Counted from the stretch's first letter, positions 39,115-48,444 are shown. The stretch: 64,000 bases of DNA from Candidatus Thorarchaeota archaeon (GCA_016933575.1 JAFGAR010000025.1:52888-116887), one strand, 5' to 3'. A program made the numbers and translations. The notes: generated by a model not told the origin, from the letters alone.

Positions 39115-40524
39115 CTATTCCCTCCTAATCTCTGTGAAAAAGACCTCACATAGAAGTCCAAATCGATCTTCTGCGGTTCTTTGGGAGATATCCATGAAAT
39201 TCAGTGATCCTCTCATGGAATAACACCTCACTCCTGCATTGTTATCTGTTTTTGATGAAGAGGAATCATAGAGTCCCGGTAGGACAACAGCTCCAGTTCC
39301 GTCCCATGTTACAAAGAAGTCAATAGAATAATGGTCTGAACCAGTATTAGCATGAGCCGTGCCCCCTGCAGTCGAGTTGATCAACTTGTCCGTGAAGAAC
39401 GAATTCACGATGATGTAATCGATTCTACCGAGTAGTGGTGCATATTGATGCCCATAGGTGTATCCAATTTCATCAGGATTCAAAGATCGAAAGACATCAG
39501 TGAAGTTATGGACCGCTGAAGAATATTGACCATAGGTTGCATCATCTGGGTCCACTAACATTGTTAGAGGTCCATATCCAAGGTCTTCATCCACAGTCAC
39601 ATTATCTTCGGGTGAGTAGGAGTTCAGGTCTCCAAGATAGACAATAGGTACTTCTCCAAGAGTATCCATATAGTTGATGATTCCCTCATTCTCAAATTCA
39701 CGTCTTACCTGATTATCAGAACCTCCTCCTGCTTTGAGATGGGCTCCTATGAAATTGACAGCAGTTCCATTGATATCAATAACTGCATGCACAAAATCAT
39801 GAGTGACTGTATACCCCTGATTACTATCAAGGGTTACCACAGGTATCTGTACGAACTGAAGGATTGGGTACCTACTTAGAATAGCTTCACCGCTTGTTGA
39901 GAATGCAACATTCAGCGCTGCAAGTCCGGAATATGGTAACTCATCGATAAAATAGGTATTAAACTCTCCAATCACCTGTCGCAGTCCTGCATATCCATTG
40001 TCTTCTAGATAACCAGTTTCTACAAGCATTAGGATATCCGGATTCTCTTCTTTGACGACTTCTTTCCAATCAGCATTGATTCCTGATTCCTCAATGTTGT
40101 AAGACATGATCTTGAATATCCCATCAAATTCGTATTCGGGTATTGCAGTATTATTCACCGTCACTGTAACAGTTGATTGTCCCCAATTCTGGGAATCATC
40201 TCTCGCACGAAACATTATCGTATGAGAACCATCAGACACTTGACCAGTATTCCAATTGTATGCTTGACCCACAGCTACGATCTCTCCATCTATGTATACC
40301 TCGTATCTCGGTATAGCACTCTCATCAACTGCTGAGAAACTCAGGGCAACAGCTCCGAATAACGAAGATCCATTTTGAGGAATATTAACCGTAAGGACCG
40401 GGGGCGTCGTATCTCCCGTAGGTATATCTCCTCCAGGCGTTTGAAACGCTAGATATACTATCGCGATTGATGCTACTATAACGATGAGAACTACACCTCC
40501 AATTACTGTATTTCTTGAAACCAT
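39115..40524 (-). CDS. Membrane-anchored endonuclease/exonuclease/phosphatase (EEP) with Ig-like domain
   Basis: IMSYNI, DILMLVE, ILSRYP, HLKA, GDLNS, RIDYI and GSDH motifs. Confidence 0.88.
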   Translation of the reverse strand: MVSRNTVIGGVVLIVIVASIAIVYLAFQTPGGDIPTGDTTPPVLTVNIPQNGSSLFGAVALSFSAVDESAIPRYEVYIDGEIVAVGQAYNWNTGQVSDGSHTIMFRARDDSQNWGQSTVTVTVNNTAIPEYEFDGIFKIMSYNIEESGINADWKEVVKEENPDILMLVETGYLEDNGYAGLRQVIGEFNTYFIDELPYSGLAALNVAFSTSGEAILSRYPILQFVQIPVVTLDSNQGYTVTHDFVHAVIDINGTAVNFIGAHLKAGGGSDNQVRREFENEGIINYMDTLGEVPIVYLGDLNSYSPEDNVTVDEDLGYGPLTMLVDPDDATYGQYSSAVHNFTDVFRSLNPDEIGYTYGHQYAPLLGRIDYIIVNSFFTDKLINSTAGGTAHANTGSDHYSIDFFVTWDGTGAVVLPGLYDSSSSKTDNNAGVRCYSMRGSLNFMDISQRTAEDRFGLLCEVFFTEIRRE

Positions 40525-40640
40525 GCTGTGCGTACCTCTTGTTACACTACATAATCTATACAATTTCTCTCATTCCACACTCTCATAAATGCCTTGAATC
40601 AGTATGTTGCTATTCGAACAGGAGTCTTTATAAGAGTGAA

Positions 40641-40657
40641 ATGTAATACTATTACAT
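40641..40657. promoter_or_regulatory. Operator ATGTAATA-C-TATTACAT just downstream of the TATA box of the RHH gene
   Basis: Perfect palindrome; TTTATAA at 40627-40633; identical 15-mer at 41681-41695. Confidence 0.7.
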
Positions 40658-40717
40658 GACTAATAGCTATGAGTATTAGTATGCCACTGATAATCGGGGT
40701 ATGGTGAGGTATTGGAA

Positions 40718-41056
40718 ATGTCCGGCAAAAAGAAAGCGGAGCGCGTCGCAACAGCTGAGTTGAGTCTGAGAGAGCAGTTACTTGGGAGACTGACCAGTGA
40801 GGATGGTTCCTCCAAGAAACGTGAGGTTTCTGTCATGACCCGTATGAGTGGTGATATTGTGGAAGTACTCGATGCTCTTGTCGAGCTTGATATCTTCAAG
40901 AGCAGATCCGAGGCTGTTTCAGCTTTTGTTGCTCAGTCTATAAACGATCGAAAGAATCTCTTTGATGAGATAAAGGTGCAGGCTGTTGAAATTCGCAAGA
41001 TGAGGGATTCTGCTAAACGTCATGCATTCGAGGCATTTCAAGAAGACTCAACTTAA
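40718..41056 (+). CDS. Ribbon-helix-helix (CopG-like) regulator with coiled-coil tail
   Basis: SVMTRMSGDIVEVLDALVELDIFKSRSEAV; GGTGAGGT SD. Confidence 0.82.
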   Translation: MSGKKKAERVATAELSLREQLLGRLTSEDGSSKKREVSVMTRMSGDIVEVLDALVELDIFKSRSEAVSAFVAQSINDRKNLFDEIKVQAVEIRKMRDSAKRHAFEAFQEDST

Positions 41057-41106
41057 CTGACAATATTAGTCAATCCTACATCTGTTTTCCTGAAAATTAT
41101 TATTAG

Positions 41107-41193
41107 AAAAAAGAGGGGGGATGTTATCGCATCCCCCACATGTATCCTCTGGGTAGAAACAGAGGATGTCTGCTGCCAGTTTTAGACTGGCAG
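41107..41193. terminator. Three consecutive hairpins between convergent genes, with a T-tract on the minus strand
   Basis: GGGGGATG-ttatcg-CATCCCCC; ATCCTCTG-ggtagaaa-CAGAGGAT; CTGCCAGT-tttag-ACTGGCAG. Confidence 0.6.
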
Positions 41194-41562
41194 AAGCGTG
41201 ATGGGACCACGAGGAATGCCCCATAATGGATTATAGAATGGTAGTATCTCTATTGGACCACGTATGATTCCATCTTCTGGATTATAATCTGGAGTAATCC
41301 AATAACCATCACGAGGGATGCCCCATGTTGGGTTATATGAAGGCGAAACCTCGATTGTTCCTCGGTAGTCCCTTACTTCTAGGGCTTGTCCTGAATCAAA
41401 TCCGTTTTCGGTGAACTCATATCCAGTCCCAGAGTCTGATGCAATGATCTCCACATTGCAGGAGCAGAATGCGACATAGAATATAGAGCCAAAGACAACC
41501 ACCGACAGAACCAAGAAGACTCCTAGAGCAAGTACAATTCTTGCATTTCTTGAATGACTCAT
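41182..41562 (-). CDS. Exported/membrane-anchored small protein with tandem IxPxYNPxxGIxRG repeats
   Basis: AGAGGAG SD before ATG 41562; N-terminal hydrophobic helix; three repeats plus a partial fourth. Confidence 0.72.
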   Translation of the reverse strand: MSHSRNARIVLALGVFLVLSVVVFGSIFYVAFCSCNVEIIASDSGTGYEFTENGFDSGQALEVRDYRGTIEVSPSYNPTWGIPRDGYWITPDYNPEDGIIRGPIEILPFYNPLWGIPRGPITLLPV

Positions 41563-41680
41563 TTTATCTCTCTCCTCTCTTGCATAGGCCTCTGACATCA
41601 CTGCAAAAAATCCTCAGAGTTCACACGACTTGACATCGATTTCATGACACTCCAGTTCCGTTGACTTCACACGAAAGCCT

Positions 41681-41695
41681 TGTAATAGTATTACA
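41681..41695. promoter_or_regulatory. Second copy of the TGTAATA-N-TATTACA operator, upstream of the repeat-peptide gene
   Basis: Reverse complement of 40642-40656; TTTATTA box 9 nt upstream on the minus strand. Confidence 0.7.
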
Positions 41696-42050
41696 TTATA
41701 TTTGTAATAAACATTTCTATTTCATTATTTATACATTATTATATAGTACGTAATATCTATCACAAATAGTAATATTACAAGAATAATATTCTTACTTATA
41801 ATTTAAGATATTTCAAACATGACCATCAGTCCGCCTTGACCACATTATTTGAGAATACTATAACGCTTTGAAAGAGTGTTTATATATCAGGCAACATGCC
41901 TCTAGTTGTTTATTTATCCCTCTCTAGTGCATTTTCGATTTTTGGAAAAATATTTGACTCTTTCAAAGAGTGTCTAATATACTCTCAAAGTTGCTTCTTG
42001 TCAGTAGTTGTGTCTTATGGAAGGAGAATAACTACTTCGGAGCGAGAGAT

Positions 42051-42932
42051 ATGAAGAGAGTCAATACCTACCTTCTTGGTATGATGTTGCTCTGTGGAAT
42101 GCTTGTAGCAATGATTCCACTAGGAATATCGGTACATCAAGACCGTGACGCAAGTATCACAAACGATTTGAACAGCTCATCTATTGCAGATGACTCTGTG
42201 GCCTCGTATCAACAAGCTGGCGATAGCCCGAAACACTATGCAGTAGTTGTGGGTATCAGCGATTATAAGGCCATTGGCGATCTACAATACTGTGATGATG
42301 ACGCAGTTGACTGGTACTGGTACCTGCAGAACATGGGATATGATGATATCGTTGTTCTTGGTGATAATTCAAGTTTCTATCCCAAATATGACGGACTAGC
42401 CACTGAACACAACGCGAAGCTTGCGCTTCTCGATATGGTTAGTAAAGCAGGTCCCAAGGATACGATAGCGTTTATCACCTCGGGTCACGGTTCAGGAGAT
42501 AGTAGGGGGAGTAGTCTGTTATGCATGTGGGATATCACTGCAGGTGAAGATGGTGAAGATGGATATTTCTGGGATGTAGAAGTTGCTGCCATTTTGGCAT
42601 TAGCAGTTGCTGACCAAATCTTCGTCTTCATTGATCACTGTTTTGCAGGTGGTTTTGGTGATGACTTGATGAATATGCCTAATTCTCAGCATGTCTATCT
42701 CGCTGCAACATGCGATATCATGGGTATGGGTTGGGATGCAGGCGAGTATAGTAATGGAATGTGGACATACTTCTTCCTTGAATATACACTCATCAACATC
42801 TTCGATTCAGACCCACACACTGAGATGGAACTTGCCTTTGAGATTGCTGCGGCTGCCTACCCATTCAAGGGTGGTGCACATCATCCCCAAGAATATGATG
42901 GCGACTTGGACCATATATTCCTCCTTTGGTGA
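42051..42932 (+). CDS. Secreted caspase-family (C14, metacaspase-like) protease
   Basis: YAVVVGISDY, LQYCDDDA, SGHGS (His), IDHCFAGG (Cys), GMWTYFFL and PQEYD; N-terminal signal peptide. Confidence 0.88.
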   Translation: MKRVNTYLLGMMLLCGMLVAMIPLGISVHQDRDASITNDLNSSSIADDSVASYQQAGDSPKHYAVVVGISDYKAIGDLQYCDDDAVDWYWYLQNMGYDDIVVLGDNSSFYPKYDGLATEHNAKLALLDMVSKAGPKDTIAFITSGHGSGDSRGSSLLCMWDITAGEDGEDGYFWDVEVAAILALAVADQIFVFIDHCFAGGFGDDLMNMPNSQHVYLAATCDIMGMGWDAGEYSNGMWTYFFLEYTLINIFDSDPHTEMELAFEIAAAAYPFKGGAHHPQEYDGDLDHIFLLW

Positions 42933-42956
42933 GAGCAATCTCGCCATTCTTTTTTT
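42927..42956 (+). terminator. Hairpin with GNRA loop plus T-tract
   Basis: TGGTGAGA-GCAA-TCTCGCCA followed by TTCTTTTTTT. Confidence 0.6.
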
Positions 42957-43157
42957 CCGAGGTATGTACAATTGAATAAAGAATGAAGAGATTTCTTGAC
43001 GAGATTTCATATGAAAGGTTCGTGATAGTTTTATTCGAATGCATTTTCCTGACTATGTTCAGACACTAGGTCTGTTATGATTCTGCTGACTTCGAAAGGT
43101 CCTTTTATTGGAACTCTGATTTCTGTCACTCGATAATTACTCTAGGTTGATAGTTCA

Positions 43158-44024
43158 ATGACATTCTCAATTGTTGCAGTTGATAGAGAACGGAAAGAAG
43201 TTGGTTTCGCTATTTCTTCATGCTTCTGGAATGCTGGACAGGTTGGTTTTGCCAAAATGGAGACCGGCGCAATTGTTTCTCAAGCCCAAGGCAATATGGA
43301 ATTCATCCCTGTATTCTTTGAAAAGTTGGAAGACGGTATGAGTGTTGAGGAGATTCTTGAGATTTTCAAAAACATGGATGATAAAATCGAGAATCGCCAG
43401 GTGGGTATGATTGCTTTCAGAGGAAACGCCTTGGCATTCACAGGAAGTAAGGTTTCGTCTAGTTTTCAGAAGATTGGGACAGATTACGCTTGCCAGGGAA
43501 ATATATTGGTAGGTAAAGAGGTCATTGACAACATAGCTAAAGCCTTTGAGGAGAGTGAAGGGTCACTTGCAGACCGATTGTACACCGCATTACAAGCTGG
43601 AGATGATGCAGGCGGCGATATGCGTGGAAAAATTAGTGCGAGAGTCTATGTAGAACGTGATCGAAAGAATCCTCTAACCCATGTCACAACAGACTTCAAT
43701 GTTGAAGAACACCCTGAGCCAGTTCGTGAGATTGGGCGACTTCTCGCTTTGAGAAAGAGCATAATCACTGCGTGGGAATTGACAGAGGTTGTATCTAAAA
43801 CGAATGGCAAGGAAAAAGACGATGCAATGATTGCCTTAGCACAATTTCTAGAGGATAAGAGGGATCGTGTATTCCTTGATTTCTTTTCATCACTTGCTGA
43901 GGCTTATCTTGAGGTAGGCGACCGTGAGAAGGCAATAGCGACCTTCAAGATTGTTGTAGAGATTAGTCCAAGGATGGCAACAACACTTGATGATTATGCT
44001 ATCAAAGATGAAGTCCTTAGTTAA
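43158..44024 (+). CDS. DUF1028 Ntn-hydrolase-like protein with C-terminal TPR
   Basis: MTFSIVA, GAIVSQA, RQVG, ACQGNILVG, AGGDMRG and VEEHPEPVREI; LAEAYLEVGDREKAI TPR. Confidence 0.9.
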   Translation: MTFSIVAVDRERKEVGFAISSCFWNAGQVGFAKMETGAIVSQAQGNMEFIPVFFEKLEDGMSVEEILEIFKNMDDKIENRQVGMIAFRGNALAFTGSKVSSSFQKIGTDYACQGNILVGKEVIDNIAKAFEESEGSLADRLYTALQAGDDAGGDMRGKISARVYVERDRKNPLTHVTTDFNVEEHPEPVREIGRLLALRKSIITAWELTEVVSKTNGKEKDDAMIALAQFLEDKRDRVFLDFFSSLAEAYLEVGDREKAIATFKIVVEISPRMATTLDDYAIKDEVLS

Positions 44025-44124
44025 GCCCAAAGAACCTCGCCTCTCCTATCTATGCTTGACCTATTTATGCTAATTTTGTTAATAAATACTGGAATCGAAG
44101 TATATCCAATCTGAGGTTTTTACT

Positions 44125-44892
44125 ATGGGCGCAGATTTTGATAAATTAAGAAAAGAAGTGCTTGAGAAGATGCACAAAGGCAAATCTGGTGATGTCGGAA
44201 ATGAATTGAGAAAAGTATTCGAAAAGATTGACTCATCAGAGTTCCAGCCTTTCGGTGAGGTCATGAGGGATGCTATTTTAATAGATCCAGCAATGTTCTC
44301 AGAGAAAGCATACATTCTCTTTGATAAGATGATGCGTGCAAAGAAGCCTGACAAACTGGCTGAATACGAGAGGTACTTTGTTCAGAACTTCTGCAAGTTA
44401 CCTGGGGAACAGTTCGATGTTATTTTTGATGGTTGGGTTGAGACAGGTAAATCTGTCATCAAAGGACAGGTCTTCGTTTCGAACCTTCGTGTCATTGCAA
44501 CCGGAGTTCAAGAAGCCAAGGCAGCTCGAGTAAGCGGTGGTGGTGTCTTTGCATTTCTGAGCCTAGTCCAACTTGGTAGCTACATGTACAACAAATCCAT
44601 CATGGAACAAATTACAAAGGGAATCACTGATAGCGGTTACAAGATGGTGAATTATGGTGTCTTGTATCCTATCAAGGGTGGTTACGAGATCGAACAAGAA
44701 GCCAAAGGCTTTAGAGCCAAGCAGGCTGACCGAGTCAATTACAAAGTTGATGTTCCCTATACCGACAAGAAGGGTAAGGAACAAGTTGCAGACATTGACG
44801 TTTCAATCGTTGTCAATATCAAGGATCCTGAGATTCAGGCAAAGCTCGATAAGATCGAATCGATTGTAAGAGCGAATGCAAAACCTATGTAG
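44125..44892 (+). CDS. Hypothetical protein with GRAM/PH-like segment
   Basis: LPGEQFDVIFDG..KGQVFVSNLRVI. Confidence 0.7.
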   Translation: MGADFDKLRKEVLEKMHKGKSGDVGNELRKVFEKIDSSEFQPFGEVMRDAILIDPAMFSEKAYILFDKMMRAKKPDKLAEYERYFVQNFCKLPGEQFDVIFDGWVETGKSVIKGQVFVSNLRVIATGVQEAKAARVSGGGVFAFLSLVQLGSYMYNKSIMEQITKGITDSGYKMVNYGVLYPIKGGYEIEQEAKGFRAKQADRVNYKVDVPYTDKKGKEQVADIDVSIVVNIKDPEIQAKLDKIESIVRANAKPM

Positions 44893-44915
44893 TTTCATCT
44901 CTTCTCATAATCCAA

Positions 44916-44960
44916 GAATGCACATCCTGTATTGGGATGTTGCATTCCTTCGATTTTTTT
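44916..44960 (+). terminator. Hairpin plus T-tract
   Basis: GAATGCA-CATCC-tgtattg-GGATG-t-TGCATTC, then a run of 7 T. Confidence 0.65.
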
Positions 44961-45096
44961 CTTGTTATTGCAAGTAAAGACGCTGTGTTCTAATATTCAG
45001 AAAATGTTTGAAAATCTCAGCGAGTGGTGGAATACTCTTGAAATCAGTCATGAAATCAGGTATATTAATTAATAGAGTGCTGAATAGAACTATTCG

Positions 45097-45450
45097 GTGT
45101 TTACAATGAGGAGCGCATTCAATGGCTTTTCATGTCTGGGTTTCATGTTTATCCTAGGAGGTAGCGTTCTTACCATTCCTGGGATTATGTTTAATGGGGA
45201 CATAATTGCTACATGGATTGGTGCAGGTGAGTTAGTAATCGGAATCATCCTAGTCATAGAGGAGGTCATATTTACAAGACGCTGGAATAGGATGGTTGGA
45301 ATAATCCGGAACCACAATGAAATTACACTCCAAGAAGCTGCTGCTAAGACTGGAACTACTCCTGATAAGGCGCGAAGCCTAATCTATGAGGCATTATCCT
45401 TAGGGGAATTATCTGGCAGATTTGATGGGGAAATCTATTCTCAATCATAG
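45097..45450 (+). CDS. 2-TM protein with C-terminal PCI-like winged helix
   Basis: Two TMs, then EITLQEAAAKTG..ARSLIYEALSLGELSGRFDG. Confidence 0.72.
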   Translation: MFTMRSAFNGFSCLGFMFILGGSVLTIPGIMFNGDIIATWIGAGELVIGIILVIEEVIFTRRWNRMVGIIRNHNEITLQEAAAKTGTTPDKARSLIYEALSLGELSGRFDGEIYSQS

Positions 45451-45690
45451 ATGCTTTCATGAAAGAACTTAACCACAGGGTATCGATGAATTTCTTACAG
45501 TCATCTGAAAGTATTGAGCCGCTCTGTTTTTTGACGTCGGAGAAGTTTCATCCATCTGAAAACATGAAAATAATTGTCACAATCTCTACTGGGTAAGCTA
45601 TAAGTAGTAGAATCTGAACGCCAACCCTAGGAAATCCAATTTGTTTCTGGTATCGGAACGAACTTGGATGAATGGATTCAGTGATATATT

Positions 45691-46968
45691 ATGAGTCGAA
45701 AAGTGTGCATCGCAGGTGGAAGCGCAACTCCCTTCGACTATCCCATGTATATAACGCCAGAGGCTATGGCTGCCAACTGTATTGTAGAAACGCAACACGA
45801 TATCCCTGACTTTACTCTCAGGGACCTTGATTTTATGGTATATTCGCATTTCTCAGTACACTTTGGTAAGCAGCTCTGTCCTGAATGGGTGATCCATGAT
45901 CACCTTGGGTTAGTCGGGTTACCCCACGTGCGTATTGAAAACGGAGGAAACACCGGAGGGTCAGCTCTCTATGGTGCATTCCTTGCAGTGAAGTCCGGTC
46001 TCTTTGACTGTGTTGGTGTCTATGGTTGGGAGACCATGGATAATGTCACGCAGTCCCAGGGTAGTGAGTTCATCGCCCTCGCTTCAGACACAAGGTACGA
46101 GGCTTTGGCTGGTGGAATCTATCCAATATACTATGCTGCAATGGCGTACAAGTTCATGAAAGAGAACGGTCTGACTGAGGAGGACTTTGCTCTTGCTGCC
46201 ATGAAGAACCGAAACTACGCAGCAGACAATCCAAAGGCGCAGTTCTACAGGAATGACTATACCAACCCGGAGTCGCCTTACTACAAGAAGACACTTACTG
46301 TCGATGATGTCATGGAGAGTCGTCTCATTAGCTATCCCCTCAAGAAGCTTGACTGTTGTCTGATGAGCCGAGGTGGTGCTTTTGCTCTCGTCACCAGCGA
46401 GGAGTGGGCCAAGAAGCACGCTCCTAATAATTACGTGGAAATTGCTGGTGCTGGTCTGAGTAGCTGTACCATTCGTGCAGGTGACCGTATTGACTTTCCT
46501 GGTTGGAACGAGCAGTATGGCAAGGGATATCCTGACATGACTGAGTTTGCAGCCTGCCGCAAGTCAGGTGAGGTTGCCTACGACATGGCTGGTATCGAGT
46601 ACAAGGATGCTGCCAAGAAGGTCGACGTTGCTGAGGTCCATGATGCCTTCAGCAGTTCGGAGACCCAGATCTACAAGGCGCTTCACTGGTGTACCACCGA
46701 GACCGTCAGGGACTTTGTCCGCGAGAAGCAGACCTTCATCGATGGTGCTGTACCAACCAATGTCGGTGGTGGGTTGATGGGCTACGGGCATCCTGTCGGG
46801 GCAACCGGTATCATGAGCGCTATCGAGTGCATGATGCATCTCAACGACACTGCTCCCAAGAAGCACTTGAGCTCCAAGACCTATGTCAAGGATGCGAACA
46901 CTGGTCTTGTCAACAGTCACGCAGGTACTGGAACCAGTATCTCGAACTTCATTCTCAGGAGGCCGTAG
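45691..46968 (+). CDS. Thiolase-like protein (SCP-x/archaeal type) lacking the N-terminal catalytic Cys
   Basis: KNRNYAADNPKAQ, PLKKLDCC, AEVHDAF and NVGGGLMGYGHPVGATG; ENGGNTG where CxSG is expected. Confidence 0.9.
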   Translation: MSRKVCIAGGSATPFDYPMYITPEAMAANCIVETQHDIPDFTLRDLDFMVYSHFSVHFGKQLCPEWVIHDHLGLVGLPHVRIENGGNTGGSALYGAFLAVKSGLFDCVGVYGWETMDNVTQSQGSEFIALASDTRYEALAGGIYPIYYAAMAYKFMKENGLTEEDFALAAMKNRNYAADNPKAQFYRNDYTNPESPYYKKTLTVDDVMESRLISYPLKKLDCCLMSRGGAFALVTSEEWAKKHAPNNYVEIAGAGLSSCTIRAGDRIDFPGWNEQYGKGYPDMTEFAACRKSGEVAYDMAGIEYKDAAKKVDVAEVHDAFSSSETQIYKALHWCTTETVRDFVREKQTFIDGAVPTNVGGGLMGYGHPVGATGIMSAIECMMHLNDTAPKKHLSSKTYVKDANTGLVNSHAGTGTSISNFILRRP

Positions 46969-46970
46969 AG

Positions 46971-47636
46971 ATGGTGGAGGATAAACGACTACACAAGATT
47001 CCAGGGCATAATGATGTCAAGTGGGATAATAGAAATGCTGACAAGTTCCGCGGTGATGTCAAGGAGACCGGTATTGGGTTCATGGGTTGGGATTATGATA
47101 CCGCTACTGAGCAGTTCAAGGTCTATCTGCATTATGACCAGCTCTATTACTGGAAGTACGCAGAGGTCTCGAAACTCGGTAAGGGCTTCGTTGACGGCGA
47201 GTTCTGGGGCACACAGTGTCCCAAGTGCGGCGATAAGTTCTTCCCACCGAGGGTGAATTGTTGGAACTTGAATTGCAATTTGGCTAGGTCGGTCTGGACC
47301 GAATTGCGTCAGGAAGGAGTCGTGCATACTTTTACAGTCGCTGGGTGGTCTGGAAAAAGCTCGCTGAAACGATTACCTTTCGTGCTTGCCTATGTCATTG
47401 TGGATGGTTGTAAGACTGCCATTGCAAATGAGCTTCGCGGATTAGATCCCTGGGATGCTGAGTTTGGCATGCCTGTCAAGGTCGTCTGGAAACCCAAGAA
47501 CGAGAGGCAAGGAACCGTGACTGACTGGCACTTCGAGCCAGCTGACGACTGGAAACCCGGACCGATGAATCCAGAGAAAGAGCGCATCAAAGAACTCTGT
47601 CAGCCGGTCATTGAATGGGTCAAGACTATGAAATAA
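46971..47636 (+). CDS. DUF35 family Zn-ribbon/OB-fold protein, partner of the thiolase
   Basis: CPKCGDKFFPPRVNC..C, GVVHTFT, PFVLAYV and GMPVKVVW; ATG 2 nt after the thiolase stop, with AGGAGG SD. Confidence 0.92.
   Translation: MVEDKRLHKIPGHNDVKWDNRNADKFRGDVKETGIGFMGWDYDTATEQFKVYLHYDQLYYWKYAEVSKLGKGFVDGEFWGTQCPKCGDKFFPPRVNCWNLNCNLARSVWTELRQEGVVHTFTVAGWSGKSSLKRLPFVLAYVIVDGCKTAIANELRGLDPWDAEFGMPVKVVWKPKNERQGTVTDWHFEPADDWKPGPMNPEKERIKELCQPVIEWVKTMK
47550..47636 (+). repeat. R0: intact 3' end of the DUF35 gene, template of the dispersed direct repeats
   Basis: Encodes WKPGPMNPEKERIKELCQPVIEWVKTMK*. Confidence 0.9.
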
Positions 47637-47640
47637 ACTA

Positions 47641-48297
47641 CTATTCGCAAGAGTTGGCTGCAAGTGCCAACTCCCCTCTTTCTCTGCATAGTGAAGGCAC
47701 ACTACTAGCGGACCAACGAGTCACTCTCTCTCCATATATTACAAAGAGTATCAGTACGATTATGGTCAAAAAACCTGCAGCTATGATAAGAGGAGCAATG
47801 GGGAAATCAGTTGTGGTGTATGTTGAGCCTTGTCTACATATTGAAATCTGATGCACGTTGGAGATGTTCCAGTTGTCTAGACTATCATTTGCAAAGAATT
47901 TGATATCCCAAATGACGACAAAGGATGGTTCATTCATGGTGTAATTAAGAGGCCAAGCTACAAAGTCATCAGGATCCCCTGTTGACATATCTCGTTTCAT
48001 AGTAATATTGTTCCACTTGCTACTCGAACTATTCTTGTAACTCCCGACAACAAAACTCACGCCATCTGGATCTGTCACTTCAACTCTAAGTTCTAGTGTC
48101 AAGTTGACTGGTCCAGAATTGGGAACTAGATCTACGAATTCCGGCATGAGTGTAAGGTCGAACGAAGGACCTGAGGATTGGCACACATGAAAGGTGGATA
48201 GCTGATTGCAATCAGCAGTTCCCCCAACGCTTGACTGTAGTGACACTATCACCAATATGATTAAGATAAACACACCACTACGGGTGAAAGTCTTCAT
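47641..48297 (-). CDS. Secreted Ig-like protein with C-terminal TM (cassette 1)
   Basis: Signal MKTFTRSGVFILIILVIV; VTDPDGV..W.NITM..FANDSLDNW; C-terminal TM. Confidence 0.72.
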   Translation of the reverse strand: MKTFTRSGVFILIILVIVSLQSSVGGTADCNQLSTFHVCQSSGPSFDLTLMPEFVDLVPNSGPVNLTLELRVEVTDPDGVSFVVGSYKNSSSSKWNNITMKRDMSTGDPDDFVAWPLNYTMNEPSFVVIWDIKFFANDSLDNWNISNVHQISICRQGSTYTTTDFPIAPLIIAAGFLTIIVLILFVIYGERVTRWSASSVPSLCRERGELALAANSCE

Positions 48298-48342
48298 GGA
48301 ACTCCCAAACATTCTAAGACTCGTTTTGGTAATAATCTTAAT

Positions 48343-48389
48343 GGAATTCATCCGACTATGTCTTCGAATGGGTCGAGATCATGAAGTAA
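48343..48389 (+). repeat. R1: decayed copy of the DUF35 3' end
   Basis: GAATGGGTCGAGATCATGAAGTAA matches R2 at 22/24; followed by a terminator-like hairpin. Confidence 0.8.
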
Positions 48390-48399
48390 TTTTGTATGA

Positions 48400-48444
48400 A
48401 AATGAGCTGGAGTTAATGGCTCCCCGCTCATTCTTCCTATTTTT
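48400..48444 (+). terminator. Hairpin plus T-rich tail following R1
   Basis: AATGAGC-t-GGAG-ttaatgg-CTCC-cc-GCTCATT, then CTTCCTATTTTT. Confidence 0.55.

Noticed and set aside
46689-46970. N-terminal extension of the 315-aa ORF overlapping the thiolase
   Set aside because: Shadow frame of GC-rich thiolase codons. The DUF35 homology and an AGGAGG SD point to ATG 46971.
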